NCBI GenBank assembly: GCA_964255285.1
Contig: CAXUUL010000081.1
Span: forward strand, 1 to 35,179
Source of the DNA: Ionaspis alba
Taxonomy: Eukaryota
DNA: 35,179 nucleotides
Direction of reading: 5' to 3'
In this document: piece by piece, positions 11,740 through 23,661 of the stretch
Layout of the letters: every line of letters starts with the position of its first letter
Numbering within the stretch: position 1 is the first letter of the stretch
Translations under genes and position numbers: made by a program
The notes under the pieces: model-generated
Told to the model about the DNA's origin: nothing
What the model saw: the letters and a program-made list of their open reading frames with translations, nothing else
Databases searched by the model: none

Positions 11740-12026
11740 GAGACTAGGAATTGGAAATGCAGATATGGGAGAGCTGCCGGTGAGCTTCAGTCTGACTTTG
11801 GAATCAGAGGAGGGCTTGGACGGTGAGGAGGAGTAAGCGGAAGTGTAGGCATTTACTGATAATTTAGCGAGGCGTCAACTGGTCGAGCTTTGCATTTGGG
11901 TACGATGGAAGAATTGCTGATCTAGGTTGGCGTGTCTGGGAACGAGGCGGAGAAACAGCCTCTCGCAGTGAATGGAATTGGTGAATGGTTGATATCGTCA
12001 GATTTCGCTATCGCTGGTGCACCCCC

Positions 12027-13557
12027 CTACATCAGAGAATCACTGTCCTCAGTGTCATCTCGTTTCCTCTTCAAATTTTTCGGTCGAGTGTCCTCGTTGT
12101 TTTCCAGAACAGGCGCCTCATCCTCACTCTCTGTCGATTCGGAGTCCTCGGAATCGGCACCATCACATGCTGGGAGAAGAATGTCAACACCTTCTACAGT
12201 CTCTTGCGTTTTCTCATACTCTTTCCACACCTTACGCAGGTACTGTGGAATCAAAAGACTGAAACCTCGTGACTCGAATGCGATGTTCTTATCGCTCCAG
12301 TCAATATCTAGAGGCGTTGTCCCGTGATATTGGTTGTTCTTGTGGGCAATGAAGGTGTTGGCAGCATTTTTGATGAGGACTCCATATTCGGCCAGGTAAA
12401 AGTTTCCTCCTTCAATGCTAGAGCCTTCATCACGTCTCGTCGTTAGGGATAGGACCCATGGTTCGGTGTCCTTTGACGTCTCTTTGTGACATGCTCGGGC
12501 ATACCGCGTAGAGCACAGGCCACTGGGAGGACCAAGAACAAGTCCAGATATCTCGTGGTCCTGGCCTTCTATGTTCAGAGACACAACGGGGTCCACAGGC
12601 AGGCCCTTCATGCTCCAGTCAAGCCCTGGCAGACCGTCCATCCCGGTCTCCATTTTCTGCACAATAATTGACGGAGCTTTTTTCTTGATGATATTCCAGA
12701 TCAAGGTGTGCGCTGAGCAGACGGCGTGATTATGGAGACTCAAGGCCTTCTGGCTATGCGAGCGGTTTGTCACGTTCCGTGCCCACGTGAAGACTTTGTT
12801 GTTCATTGACCCTGTGGTATACCCATATAGCGACATTTTCCCCATATCATCGCGCTGGCCAAAAGTTAGCAGACCTTATTGCGAAGAACATTCTATCTTG
12901 TACTTACCCGGACATCTCTTCCCCATTCGACCTGTTTTGCTGCTACAGAATCGAGCCAGGACAAGACCGCCTTATCTCCAACGAGGTTCCGAATGACAGC
13001 GCCTACAACATCTTTTGATTTCGTATCAACGATGATGCAGCTGGTGTCTTCACCGACTACCATTCGCCAGTCGATTTTATCAGAACGTCGCACGCTTTTG
13101 GCTGGCACCCTTTTGTCCGCTTTTTTGCCATTTAAACGCGTTTCCAGATGCGTGGCTGCAGACTCCGATTCTGGTGCCCAAAAATCTTTTGGAGGGATGA
13201 AGTCCTGCTTGCTGAGGCGCAAGAACTCGTACTCCGGAATAGATGACCTAAATTCCTCCGCCTCGTCCTCGGACCAATTCAGTGAGAGTGCGCGGCAAAG
13301 GTTAGGATCATCCAAAATGGCATTATTGCCGGGCAATGGCTCAGGTAGCCCTTCCGGAAACACAGCGCAGTGAGACTTCTGGGTCTTAAACTTGTCAATG
13401 ACGATCGATGCAGGTAATGTGGTACAATGTGTCTTATTTTTATCGTCTCATTCACGGTCTGTGGCGTCTTATCCCCTGAAGTATTGCTTTGTGCGCGTGC
13501 TGTCTCTACGCGTTTGCTTTTGCTCGGAAACACCTGTTTGCAATCTGTGGATGACAT
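12027..13557 (-). CDS. TET/JBP-like 2-oxoglutarate/Fe(II) dioxygenase (~476 aa, 3 exons)
   Basis: Exons 13557-13426, 13378-12908 and 12854-12027 (intron 1 GTACCA...ATTGAC...CAG, 47 nt, weaker; intron 2 GTAAGT...GCTAAC...CAG). Motifs: CHKE (HxE; His at 12488-12486), GGNFYLAEYGVLI, TFIAH...YHGTT (His at 12326-12324), ESRGFSL (Arg at 12269-12267), upstream GKMSLYGY. Acidic tail with KNLKRKR. Confidence 0.72.
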
Positions 13558-15173
13558 TTTGAGAATTGTTAAGCTTTGATCTGTACGGTAGAGCGTGTGC
13601 AGTTGCAGGTTGTGTGCGACTAAGGACAGTGGGATTTCCATAGCAATCTCGCCGAAGATGAAGGCTAAGGGTTCTCAACTCGGGTGTTTACCACACCGCG
13701 ATTCGGCTGCCTGACCGTACTTTGCTGACACCTGCCAGTACAGTGGTGCTGAAAGCAAAAGAAATCATGGCAGTTGACGAAAAATATCATATATATCGTC
13801 TTCGCCGACTTTGTTGCAAGCTGGGAAAGGGGTAAGCAGTTTTGGACTTGGTGGTTCAAATATCCAAGGAGCTCGAATAGTGCAAAGCTCATCTTCAAGC
13901 TTATTGTCATTGAACATGTGTTCTCATCCATCTTTCAGCCCGCTACCTTCTGGTAGAATGTCTTGACATCTCCTCAACACGAAGCCAATTCAAAGTTTTG
14001 TGCTCTGTTATTGTGCACATTGGATGTTGGCAGCAGAATGGCGTAACCTTGCTCTAGTTCCAATAGTCCTTCAAAGTTTTTGACCTCGAGACTTGATGCC
14101 TTCCATATTCGACTTACTTTGAAGGGACATAAGATCTTGATTGAGGCTTCATCGATCTAAAGCTTCTAGAAAGGACTTCTAAAAAATGCTGTGAGGAGAG
14201 ATGCAGGCATGTGATGTCAGGGGGGTTTTATTTACGCTCATATGGCAAATCCAGTTCTTGGAGGTTGGAAGAGCATAAATACAAGAAAATAAAGATTTCA
14301 TGAATTGCGTATGGATACATTGTTGCTGGATCAATATGAAGCGTAGAAGCAGAGGAGTAGTTAGTAGAGATATATATCCCTCCTCTGCCATTGTCATGCT
14401 TCGGAATACCAGCTGACATGTCTCAGCTTTCTTGCTAATACAGTTTCTGAGGCAGCAATCATCCACACCTATTCCAGAGTACGATCATGAGAATCTGGCA
14501 AATAGACAGACACCCTGCCACTGCTCTTTGTTGTGTCAAACTTCCATGCTCCCAATGTAAAGCTTCATGCATTTGTCTTCTAGCCTCCCATCCCGGGATC
14601 CTCACGTCCCATGCTCCCAGTCTCCACACCAAGATACTCCCAGCAGGGCTTGAAAGACCATGTACTGTCTGGTTATAGCATATCAGTATAGTTAGACGTA
14701 AGCACTCACTAGGACGGACAGTAGGACAAAAGGCTATGGCAATTGACGACTTGGTTCTATTTGATCATCAAGTAAGTGGTCAGAATTCCTATATGTGTTG
14801 AGGATAGTAGCGAAGCACATTGCCAGGCTCCATGACCTGATGCCGGCAGCCGAAGATTTCCCATGGCTCTGCCGGGCTTGAGGCTCTTTGATGTACAACT
14901 CAATTCTATAGTCTATTTATCTTCATTATTACTGTTCTCATTCGATTCAGAGGTAGGCAAGTGACATTTACAGTTCTGATATTGGCAGTCGACTCGATCT
15001 ATACAAACAAAGAGCCACCATAATTCCACCCAGATGGAACAACCATGCCAGCACCGACGCTAACCCTGGATGACATATGATACAGCCCCACCATCAATCC
15101 ATCATCATTCTCATGACCCATATACACATCCATAGCTTCCGAGATCTCCAAATCCTTCGTAAACATACAACCC

Positions 15174-17005
15174 TTATCCAGCAAACGACCCTCTCCTCCT
15201 CTCATCACCCGTGTGTGTAGTCCCCTCTGTGACCTCCGCAGTACTATGCCTGTTGCTCGGACCTCCCGCAAGGCCCTGATCCCACAACCGACTCAATCTC
15301 CCCTGCACTCTCCTCACCGTCCTCTCCCCAACCGCCATTCCCCCTTCTCTCTCGGCCTCACCACTCGCTCGATGAGCCGTCCGGACGCGCCTTAGCGCTG
15401 CAATTCGCTCATCGGGTGTGGCATCTCGCATACGACGTGCGTTGAGAGTGTGGTGAATGTAAAGCGCTAGCCCCCCACTGCGCCGACGATTTGTGTCCGT
15501 AGTACCTGGCTGGGATAGACTTGGAGAGCGAGGAGTGGATGCTGCGTCGTTGCTTGAATTGGAAACTAGGTAAGGGTTGGGAGAATGAGGCTCAGCGGTC
15601 GATGGTGGTTCATTCTGGGAGGCTGTGGGACGGAGATCAACGCGGCTATCAGAGATGTTAGCAAGGGGAAAGTTTCCTAGATTCAGAACGGGAGTGCCGG
15701 ACGAGCAAGATGACGAGGGAGGAGTCTTACCATAAGGGACAGGTACCCGAAACATTGAGGAGCCAGGGGTCGATGCATTCAGGGTGGAACTTGTGGTTGC
15801 AAGGGAGGAGGCGGATGTCTTGGCCCTTGACAAAGTCATCCGTACACACTGAGCAGGCGAGGCCATTCTCCGCGTTGCTTTCGAGTGTGCCACCTTTGGG
15901 AGCATCAGAGTCACCAATACCAGGAGCAGTCACCGTTGTGACTTCGTCGCTGGTGTTGTTTTCAGGAACCTCGCGTGCAGCGTGGCCTGATGAGGCTTCT
16001 GTATGCTCTGCCGGCGTATCTGGTGATGGAGTACGTTGGCTGTTTACACCGAGCTCAACGTCGCCATCATGTGCCGCATTCTTGTTTGCATCTTCATCTC
16101 GTTCGCCAAACTTGACAATCGGTATAGTCTCCAGCATTGCTCTTGCAATCCCTTTAGCCCTACTCTGCCTAGGCCGCCCTATGATCTGCCTGGGTCCATA
16201 GCGCTCGGGGTGTCGATGCGCTCTAATTGCACCAGTGACTATGATAATCAAAAAGAGTGCCGTGATAATTCCGGTAATGCTATAGAGAATGATCATGGCG
16301 ACTGCTGTTGTAGGAGAAGGACCAAGAGCATCAGTCGAGGCAGTATTGTTGTTAAGAGAAGACTGGTCTAAGCTGATTGTAGTCTGAGGAGGCGGTACTC
16401 CAGGTTGCTGGAATGCTTGCAGGAGACCATTTTTCAAGGTCATAGAGACGCTTGAATTCGTCGTTGTGTATATTGATTGATACATGAAGCCGTCGGAAAC
16501 GTCGAAGGTGCAAAAATTGGATATCGTGCTGTAGAGTATAATGGCTCCGCCGATATTCGATGACGGAGCAATCTTTTCAGCAGCATTTCTGACGACTCTC
16601 TTGACATCGACGTAGCCCTTGTAATCCCCTGGCTCACAACTTATGTACGCAAGAGCGCCGGGTTGAAGGCTTTGAGAATTGCTGTCATTTGTGAGCACGA
16701 GATTGCCGCTGATTTTGATAGACTGTGGGAGTCAGATCCTGGAGTCAAAGGTGGAAGAAGGTACGGGAGCTGACCTGTAGCTGCTGTATCTGATTGTGAA
16801 GCCCCGCGGCAGTCGTTAAAGGATCAACGTTGAACACGAGGTGTTTGGTCGTCACGGGTGAGTTGAGAACAAGCTGAGGACCGTTTGGATCCACTGGTAA
16901 CGCCGTACTATTTGATGGATGGATTTCTTGAGAGAATGCAAGGGCCAGATGCGAAAGGACAATCCATATCTTCGATCTCGGCCATTTCGAGGAATCCACC
17001 GCCAT
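15174..17005 (-). CDS. Membrane-anchored RING-H2 E3 ubiquitin ligase (PA-TM-RING / RNF13-Goliath-like), ~564 aa, 3 exons
   Basis: Exons 17005-16775, 16722-15731 and 15645-15174. Signal-like N-terminus, lumenal region (LAYISC...AIILYS...C), TM helix (AMIILYSITGIITALFLIIIVTGAI), and RING-H2 CSVCTDDF...[27 protein letters not shown]. Confidence 0.92.
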
Positions 17006-19089
17006 CTTCTCAACGTTGCTGGTGGGTCAACACAGGGCTGGAGAAGATACGGTCGTGGGGTTGAATCCTAGGGCTAATCCATGAGTATGTCGCGATTTCT
17101 TGATCAAGTCGAACAGATCGCCACCGCGTATGGGGAGAGATATCAGAGAACCTCTCTAGCAACTTATACAAGCTGAAGCAAGGTATTGTGTAGAGATTGG
17201 CCGCCAAGTAGGTAGTAACACGATTGCACAAGACCAGCGGTCGTCAAGTAGTATAGTAGTATCGATCTAACGCCATAGCCCAGCAGAGTAGCTGTCGCCA
17301 CGGCCCATCTCACCCCCAATGGGGATTTGCAAGACTGGAGGTGTGGGAGAACGATGACATGCTAGAGTCAGATGCTCCAATGGGATCAGCACCAAGACAC
17401 GGAAGACACGGCTTACTATCACTCGAAGTGTCCTGGACCCTCGATGGCCTCGTCCCTGCTGGGGTACCCCGGAAGCCGAAGCTGCCGATGAATCAGCCCT
17501 AAAGGGGTGGCATAGCTAAAGATGACGACGCTCCTGAAAGGATTCCAAATGCTGCTTATCCCCAGTTGAAGACTTGGGCGTCCGACAAATATTAGCTTAT
17601 TAGAGATTCCGAAAGTCAGACAGCGGCCGGCTACAGTCCAGCCTCCTAACATGTGGAGCCTGTTCGTCCTTGTGGATGTAGAGCCGATCAGGGTAAGGCC
17701 AGCCTGTTCCTGTGCCTTCTATTTCATTTCTCGTCAGCGTCTATTTCGTGCTTGTTATCCTAGAGCTCGGTCGACAAACTCTCCTGTCCAGCTCGATCAT
17801 GCTCTACGAGCCGCGTGGCTTGACTCGTTTTGCACAGCCGCTGCTATAGACCTAGCTTTGTAACGTCGAAACTCCACCTCTTCCCTGTCCACCAATGCAC
17901 GATGCCCAGACCTTAATTTGTCATGTCCACTCTGCAAGATAAGTCCAATTTCATATCTCGTCAATGATTACCGGTGCGAAGAGTCGCTTCGCGGTCTCTT
18001 ACACGTTCAGATGCTCCATGCGGCCAGCCGCAGGCTGACTGATATGTGGCGGTGTTTCTCTATCCCGGATTGGACTCCTGCGGCTCCGTGTGTTAAAAGT
18101 TGACACTGTGCTTTATGTCTCACAGTACATGTTCTGTGACCTGAATAACACCACATGTCAGCGGAGTATTGACGAGTGACACTGCAAAAAGATTCAAGCG
18201 GATTTCTTTTCCAAGCTTTAGAAACAATAACCTTGAATACAATGTACAAATTTCTTGACGATGTTCCGGGAGTCCTGTCTGAGAAGCTGTGGCTGAAACA
18301 ATGCAAAGAAGACATGTTTAGAGATTCCCGTCATACAAAGACACTGGAATTTACAACCGCAGCATGCTCCAACCCATCGTTTCAACAAATATCTTTCTGG
18401 CATGCTTGTACTTGCAGGAGACCACTGGAACGCAGTCCAGCTATGAGTGCCAATCTACCCAATTGTCCACCATTCATTGGTGTCATCAAGCAAGCTTCCA
18501 GACGCTGGCACGCTTTGTATTACCCACAATATGCAGAAAGCCGGTCCTGGATAGACTCATCCTAGATACCACGGGATCTGTCTATGTCGTTAACCGTTCA
18601 AAGGTTGATAAGTCTCAAGGCACGATCGTTGATCTCTGTTCTCATCCCAATAGATATTACGCTGCAGAGACCATCAACACATTCTATACATCGTCCAGTT
18701 GTTATTCAATGGTGGCTGTCGTGCAAGTTCAAGATTCGTCAGGGTGTTATTAAATGGGTCAATGATGTTGCTGCTGCTCAACGTTGGCCTGCAAAGAAGG
18801 CCTAGAAAGATGAAGGGCTTCGAAAAATTGGCAATATCGACTACGATGCGGGCGGTCTAGTAAACACCCACCTCATTTTCAACACACCAACCTCTACATC
18901 TCTTCACAACAACAACGCCACAACTGATCTACAAATACATCAGTCTACACTCTCTCCACTATCGCGCATTCGCTACTCTTGCTCGTTTCATTCTCTCTAT
19001 TAACTTCCTTCCAACCCCTTCAGGGAACCCCTTTTACCGGTCGCAAAAGATCTGCTTTACCGGTCGGCAAGGTAAACAGTAAGGTCAAG

Positions 19090-20815
19090 ATGTTTCACTT
19101 AATCGTGCGCGTCTTCTTTGGACTCCTCCTTGCCCAAGCAGCCATCAGTACCTTCGATGTACGCGTGAATACCAGTCTGGATGTCGGATTTCTCGGTGTT
19201 GCGGTCGGACGTTCATCTTTGATGAACGTCAGTACCATCAGCGTTGGCCACGGATTCACTGCTCCCTACTACCGCAACACTACTGCAGGAGCAGTCTGGG
19301 TCGTTCCTGACAGCCCATTCGACATTGGCGCTCGTTCTATGTCTTGTGAATGCTTTGAGAGCAACGGTAAGTCGAGCAGGTATAGGGGTTTTACCTTGGC
19401 ATAGACACTGATAAAAGAAATCAAACAGCTACTTGCTGCATGCCAGCGTCAACCACCATCGCTCCCTTCTGTATTGATAAGGAATCGACTTGCTGTGGGA
19501 ATACCTACTGCAAAACCGGTGAAAAATGCTGTGATGGCGGTTGTTGTCCGATCGTAAGTGAAGCCGTCACATGCTGCACAGTACCTTTTATACAATCAAG
19601 TGGCGCTTTTTTTATCTGCGCTCGATACAAATTCTGTTTAGCCATTAGTGCTTCGGCTGACATGATTGGCAGGATACTTCTTGCATTTCTTCTGGAGCTC
19701 GACAGGGCTGCTGTGCAAATGGCATGACTTGTACCAGCCAAGCTAAATGTCATGACCACGAATCTACCAACTGTGCAAGCAACAGTTCTACCCCAAGCGA
19801 CTGCTGCCCAGTGGAAGTACCAATCTGTCAATCATTGGGGTCAGGCGCAGGATGCTATGCGTCAACCATTCAGAAATCCGTGGCAAGTGATACAACTGGC
19901 ACGGTAGCAATGCAGTCAGCTTCTGGCGCGGCAGTGGCTTCTGTAGGATCTGATGCTGGTTTTGTGGGTGTCGAGACTCCAAGCGTGCCCACGGACCTCG
20001 GACTCACCCCACCAAAGGCTGCTCCAAGTCTGCCTACAGACCTTGGACTCACCCCCCCAAAGGCTGCTTCAAGTCTGCCCACAGACATCGGACTCATCCC
20101 ACCACAGGCAGATCCCAGTGTGCCTACAGAACTCGGACTCACCCCGCCAAAAGCACATCTGCCTCTAATGACCGCTACATCCACAGTCATCAAAACTCTT
20201 TCCCTAGTAGCCAACTCTGGATATCTCACAGCTGTCTTTCCGACCACCGATTCGTTCACTGTGTCTTCACCTCCGATGGTCAATATCGACACTATATGGG
20301 AAATAGTTCAAGAAACGGTCAGTATCCATACTACTACACCGGCTTCGACTGCATGGGATGCAAATACGCGAATTGTCCCACTTATTGACACTCCTGAAAC
20401 CGCACTTTGCTATGATTCTAAGCTGTCGACAAATCTACCCTGTTCTACTTCCACTGCATGGGACGCGAATACAAAGGTAGTCCCGCTCATCGATACTCCC
20501 GGGAGTGCACTGTGCTGGAACCATCAGTTGCAGACGAACCTTCCCTGCTCGACATCGACTACCCTCACTTCAGACTCTCCTGACGCAACTTCTTCGGATA
20601 GTGCTGGCTTCGATCCTCCTGGTGTGCTAATGGTCGGTGTTGGCTCTACCGCAAATAGAGCCAACAATCCCATCGGCAATTTCTTCACCTCGATCCTTCC
20701 CCGTCGTGAGGTCCCGCGTATGAAGCAGGATCTCTCTGTTGGCAACGGTGCTGTCGGATGGGTTTGGACCAAGGTGTCGAAGGCAATGAGTATTGGTGGA
20801 CGTCGTGCTGCTTAA
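19090..20815 (+). CDS. Secreted Cys-rich, Ser/Thr/Pro-rich repeat protein of unknown function (~514 aa, 3 exons)
   Basis: Exons 19090-19366, 19429-19553 and 19673-20815 join in frame. Signal peptide MFHLIVRVFFGLLLAQAAIS, a region with repeated CC pairs, and two internal repeat arrays. Confidence 0.8.
19979..20158 (+). repeat. Coding tandem repeat, 4 x 45 bp (PS[V/L]PT[D/E][L/I]GL[T/I]PP[K/Q]Ax)
   Basis: Units start at 19979, 20024, 20069 and 20114. Confidence 0.92.
20345..20554 (+). repeat. Coding tandem repeat, 2 x 105 bp (STAWDANTxxVPLIDTPxxALC...L.TNLPCST)
   Basis: Units start at 20345 and 20450; the amino acids are largely conserved while the codons have diverged. Confidence 0.9.
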
Positions 20816-21325
20816 GCCATCCGCACATATACTGTTGTGTCATGGCTTGCTACCTGTCATCGTATGGGCGGCTTTATCTCGTTCAAAATTGACGTGGCCC
20901 TCTTGACCAGTCAATTCAGTCCTAAATAGACACAGAATAAGACCTCTTCAAACTTTCTCGCTCCAAAGTGATGTGGCTTCCGTGGCCAGTCAATTCAATC
21001 CTAAGTAGACATAGAAAGTATGAAGTGGTCTTGTTCTTTTTCGCTCGGTACGAATGTAAGATAGAAACAGTTCAATCAATAAGGGTCGATAAAAGTAATA
21101 AATATGAAAGTGAATTGCCTGGAAGGTCGTGTAGAAGAGAGAGAATTTTGAGACAATTCATATATATACTGTCCTCTAGGGTGATATAGTCGCTGTAGTC
21201 TAGGCGATACGGACAACCACTGTTTCTTACAACCCCAAAATCTCTGTTGTAGTCCTCCTGTGCTCCTACTCATCTTCCAGCTGTCCTGATACCTCTCTCA
21301 CTTCTCACCACGTAGCTTCCAGAGC

Positions 21326-22274
21326 CTAGACGGTCGCCTCACCCTTCTTGGGCCTTTCCCCAAAGATACCTGTCCCTACCCTAACCTCATCACTCCCTTG
21401 CCTCACGGCCGCTTCAAAGTCTCCACTCATCCCCATACTGAGCTCCAATCCTCCCATTCCCAGCGCCTTCTCAACTTCATCTCTAACTTCCTTCAGCACT
21501 CCAAAATCCTCATTCTCCTCACCCTCCTTCATTGCCTGACTGCGCGCTATAGCCCCAATGGTCATCAAGCCCCCAAGCTTCAAGTGTTTCTGCTCCACCA
21601 CATGTTTGCACAGCGTTATAGCTTCCTCACCTGGCGCAACACCGCTTTTCCAGTCCTCGCCCGATGTGTTCACTTGCACCAGAACCTTCAACCCTCCCTC
21701 TCCAGGCAGATTCCTCCCAGCTTCCGAGGCGCATAGCTCCGCGCGGCCCTTTTCGAGAAGGGAAGCTTTCTTGGCTGTATCGACGGAGGAGACACAGTAT
21801 AGATTTGGGATGGAGGCGAGGCGTACGCACTTGTTGCTTTGAAGGGCGCCAATGAAGTGCCAGTGAATGGAACGGGGAAGGAGGCTGGATTTGGTCTGGA
21901 GTTCTTGGAGATAGTTCTCGCCGAAGTGAAGATGGTTGAGTGGGGAAGGACAAGAGGAGGATTGGAGGGAGGAGGGAGGCTGATGGAGGGCGAGGATGTC
22001 GGTGGCGGGTTTTAGTTTAGAGACTGCTATCAGGCGTATCTGGAATTGAGGTAGGAGATCAGCTTTATTCCGAGTCAGGTAGGTCCAGGGAGTCTGAAGG
22101 TGCCGTAGCTGGAAACTTGAGGAAGGGCAGACTGGAAGGATTGGGAGTCACCTCTTTTCCGCCAGTGCTCGCGGCCTGAATCTTGTGAGTAATGTCTTGG
22201 AGGTTGGTGAGGAGCTGCTTTGCACGGTGGGGATTGATTTGCATGTTTGGCTCTTGCTCGTCATTTGAGGCCAT
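21326..22274 (-). CDS. PLPBP: Pyridoxal-phosphate homeostasis protein (PLPBP/PROSC/YggS, YBL036C-like), ~278 aa, 2 exons
   Basis: Exons 22274-22152 and 22039-21326. Motifs: RLIAVSKLKP (PLP lysine), HFGENYLQEL, WHFIGALQSNK, VQVNTSGE..KSG, GLMTIG, LSMGMSGDFE.A...GSDEVRVGTGIFG. Confidence 0.95.
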
Positions 22275-23661
22275 GGCAGGGATATTGAGCTCTAAAGGGT
22301 TGGGGCCGCAGGTGGGGAAGCATGGGGGTAAACGCTTAGGAATCGGTGCTCCGACTGATGCGCTCACAACCTTTTCAATACATGGTTAGCTCATCATCCA
22401 TCTAGGTTGTTTGGAAAATGTCGAGTGTGGCGAGATTTTGCGATGTACTGCCCACTTCAAACCACCATTTCAAGACGTCTGTGTTGGCTACGCTTGCTGG
22501 CTGTCGTTTTCTACGGAGCGTAAGTCGTTCGACTCATTCATGCTATCTGCTACCAAGTGGCCAAACTCAAGAGCACCCAATACCGGTGTTGCTTGGTGCT
22601 TCTCATCCACGGTTTATCGTGGAGGAAGACTCTTTCAGCATCTTCATCATCGTGCAAGCTCGACAGATTGACATGGAAAATTTGGTTCACCCGAAGGGTT
22701 ACATCTTTCGTATCGTAGAAGTCTTCTGATCAGACTCAGCCTACCATGCTCAAGTACGAGTGTCCGGTTGAAAGGCTGGAGTCATACAGCAGACTGGATA
22801 CCACCAAGAAAACTATGGAGCTTTGCAGAGACCAAAGATAGATGTGAGTATGTATGACGGCTATGAGCATAACGAAGTCTCACTTAGCCATTATCGTCGT
22901 GCCAAATCATCAAGCATGTGAACAGTAGCACAAGAGACGCGGAGCGGCATCGGTATTCTGTCATACGGAAACCCCCTGGTAGAATGATCATGGAAATTTG
23001 TGCAGAAGAATATGAATTTGAATTGCCACTAAGAGAGAATTTAGGTCGAGTGCTCATGAGCTCTTTCCATGCTTTCCAGTATTTGCATACTGTGTTGATC
23101 AAGACGTCAAATCGGCAAAAATAAATACTCTCGTTAGCTGTTCCGGTACGCACAAGCATTTGAGAAATAGCCATTGGCGGGGAGAGGCCGAGGGAGGCTG
23201 TTTCAGAATGCAGGCGGGGGCGGTACCTGGCATTAGCGGCCCTTAGGGAGAACTCTGAATCCTTGGCTCCGAGTCTTTTCTTCTCCCCACCAAAGCCCCC
23301 TGAAGCCATACCCGTTTCTCTCTCAGCCCTGTCTTCCTTCAATTTCAACATATTCCACCTTCACTCCCGGTGTGTCACGACTCCCACTGTCTTTACCGCT
23401 CCTTCTATGCTTGATGATCTCTCCACATATTCAATCGATCTTTGGTTGAGTTACTTGTGAAGTATTCGATACCGATTAGTCCAGCTGGCTCAGACGATCG
23501 ACAGGGGTGTGGCTCAGCAGTTCGATTGGAACGATTACATTGCTCTGCCGTTTAGTCCTGCATTCTTTCCCTCCCAGATCTGCTTTGCTCAACACATCTC
23601 TCGAGATTTGCTGTAAACACATTGCTCTCGCCCGCAACTCAACACCTCTCAATTGCCGTTC

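Noticed and set aside
7698..13557. Idea that the Cys-rich gene at 7698 is a KDZ-transposon CxC/transposase partner of the TET-like gene
   Set aside because: No KDZ/RNase H catalytic motifs or terminal repeats are visible, and a conserved CENP-P-like gene lies between the two.
19979..20554. Regularly spaced repeats considered as a CRISPR-like array
   Set aside because: They are in-frame coding repeats without unique spacers, in a eukaryotic gene.
22411..23460. ORFs in the PLPBP/MscS divergent spacer, including 22884..23351 (155 aa) and 22418..22729
   Set aside because: No recognisable motifs or splice support; consistent with promoter and pyrimidine-rich 5' UTR sequence. A relic near 22560-22850 cannot be excluded.
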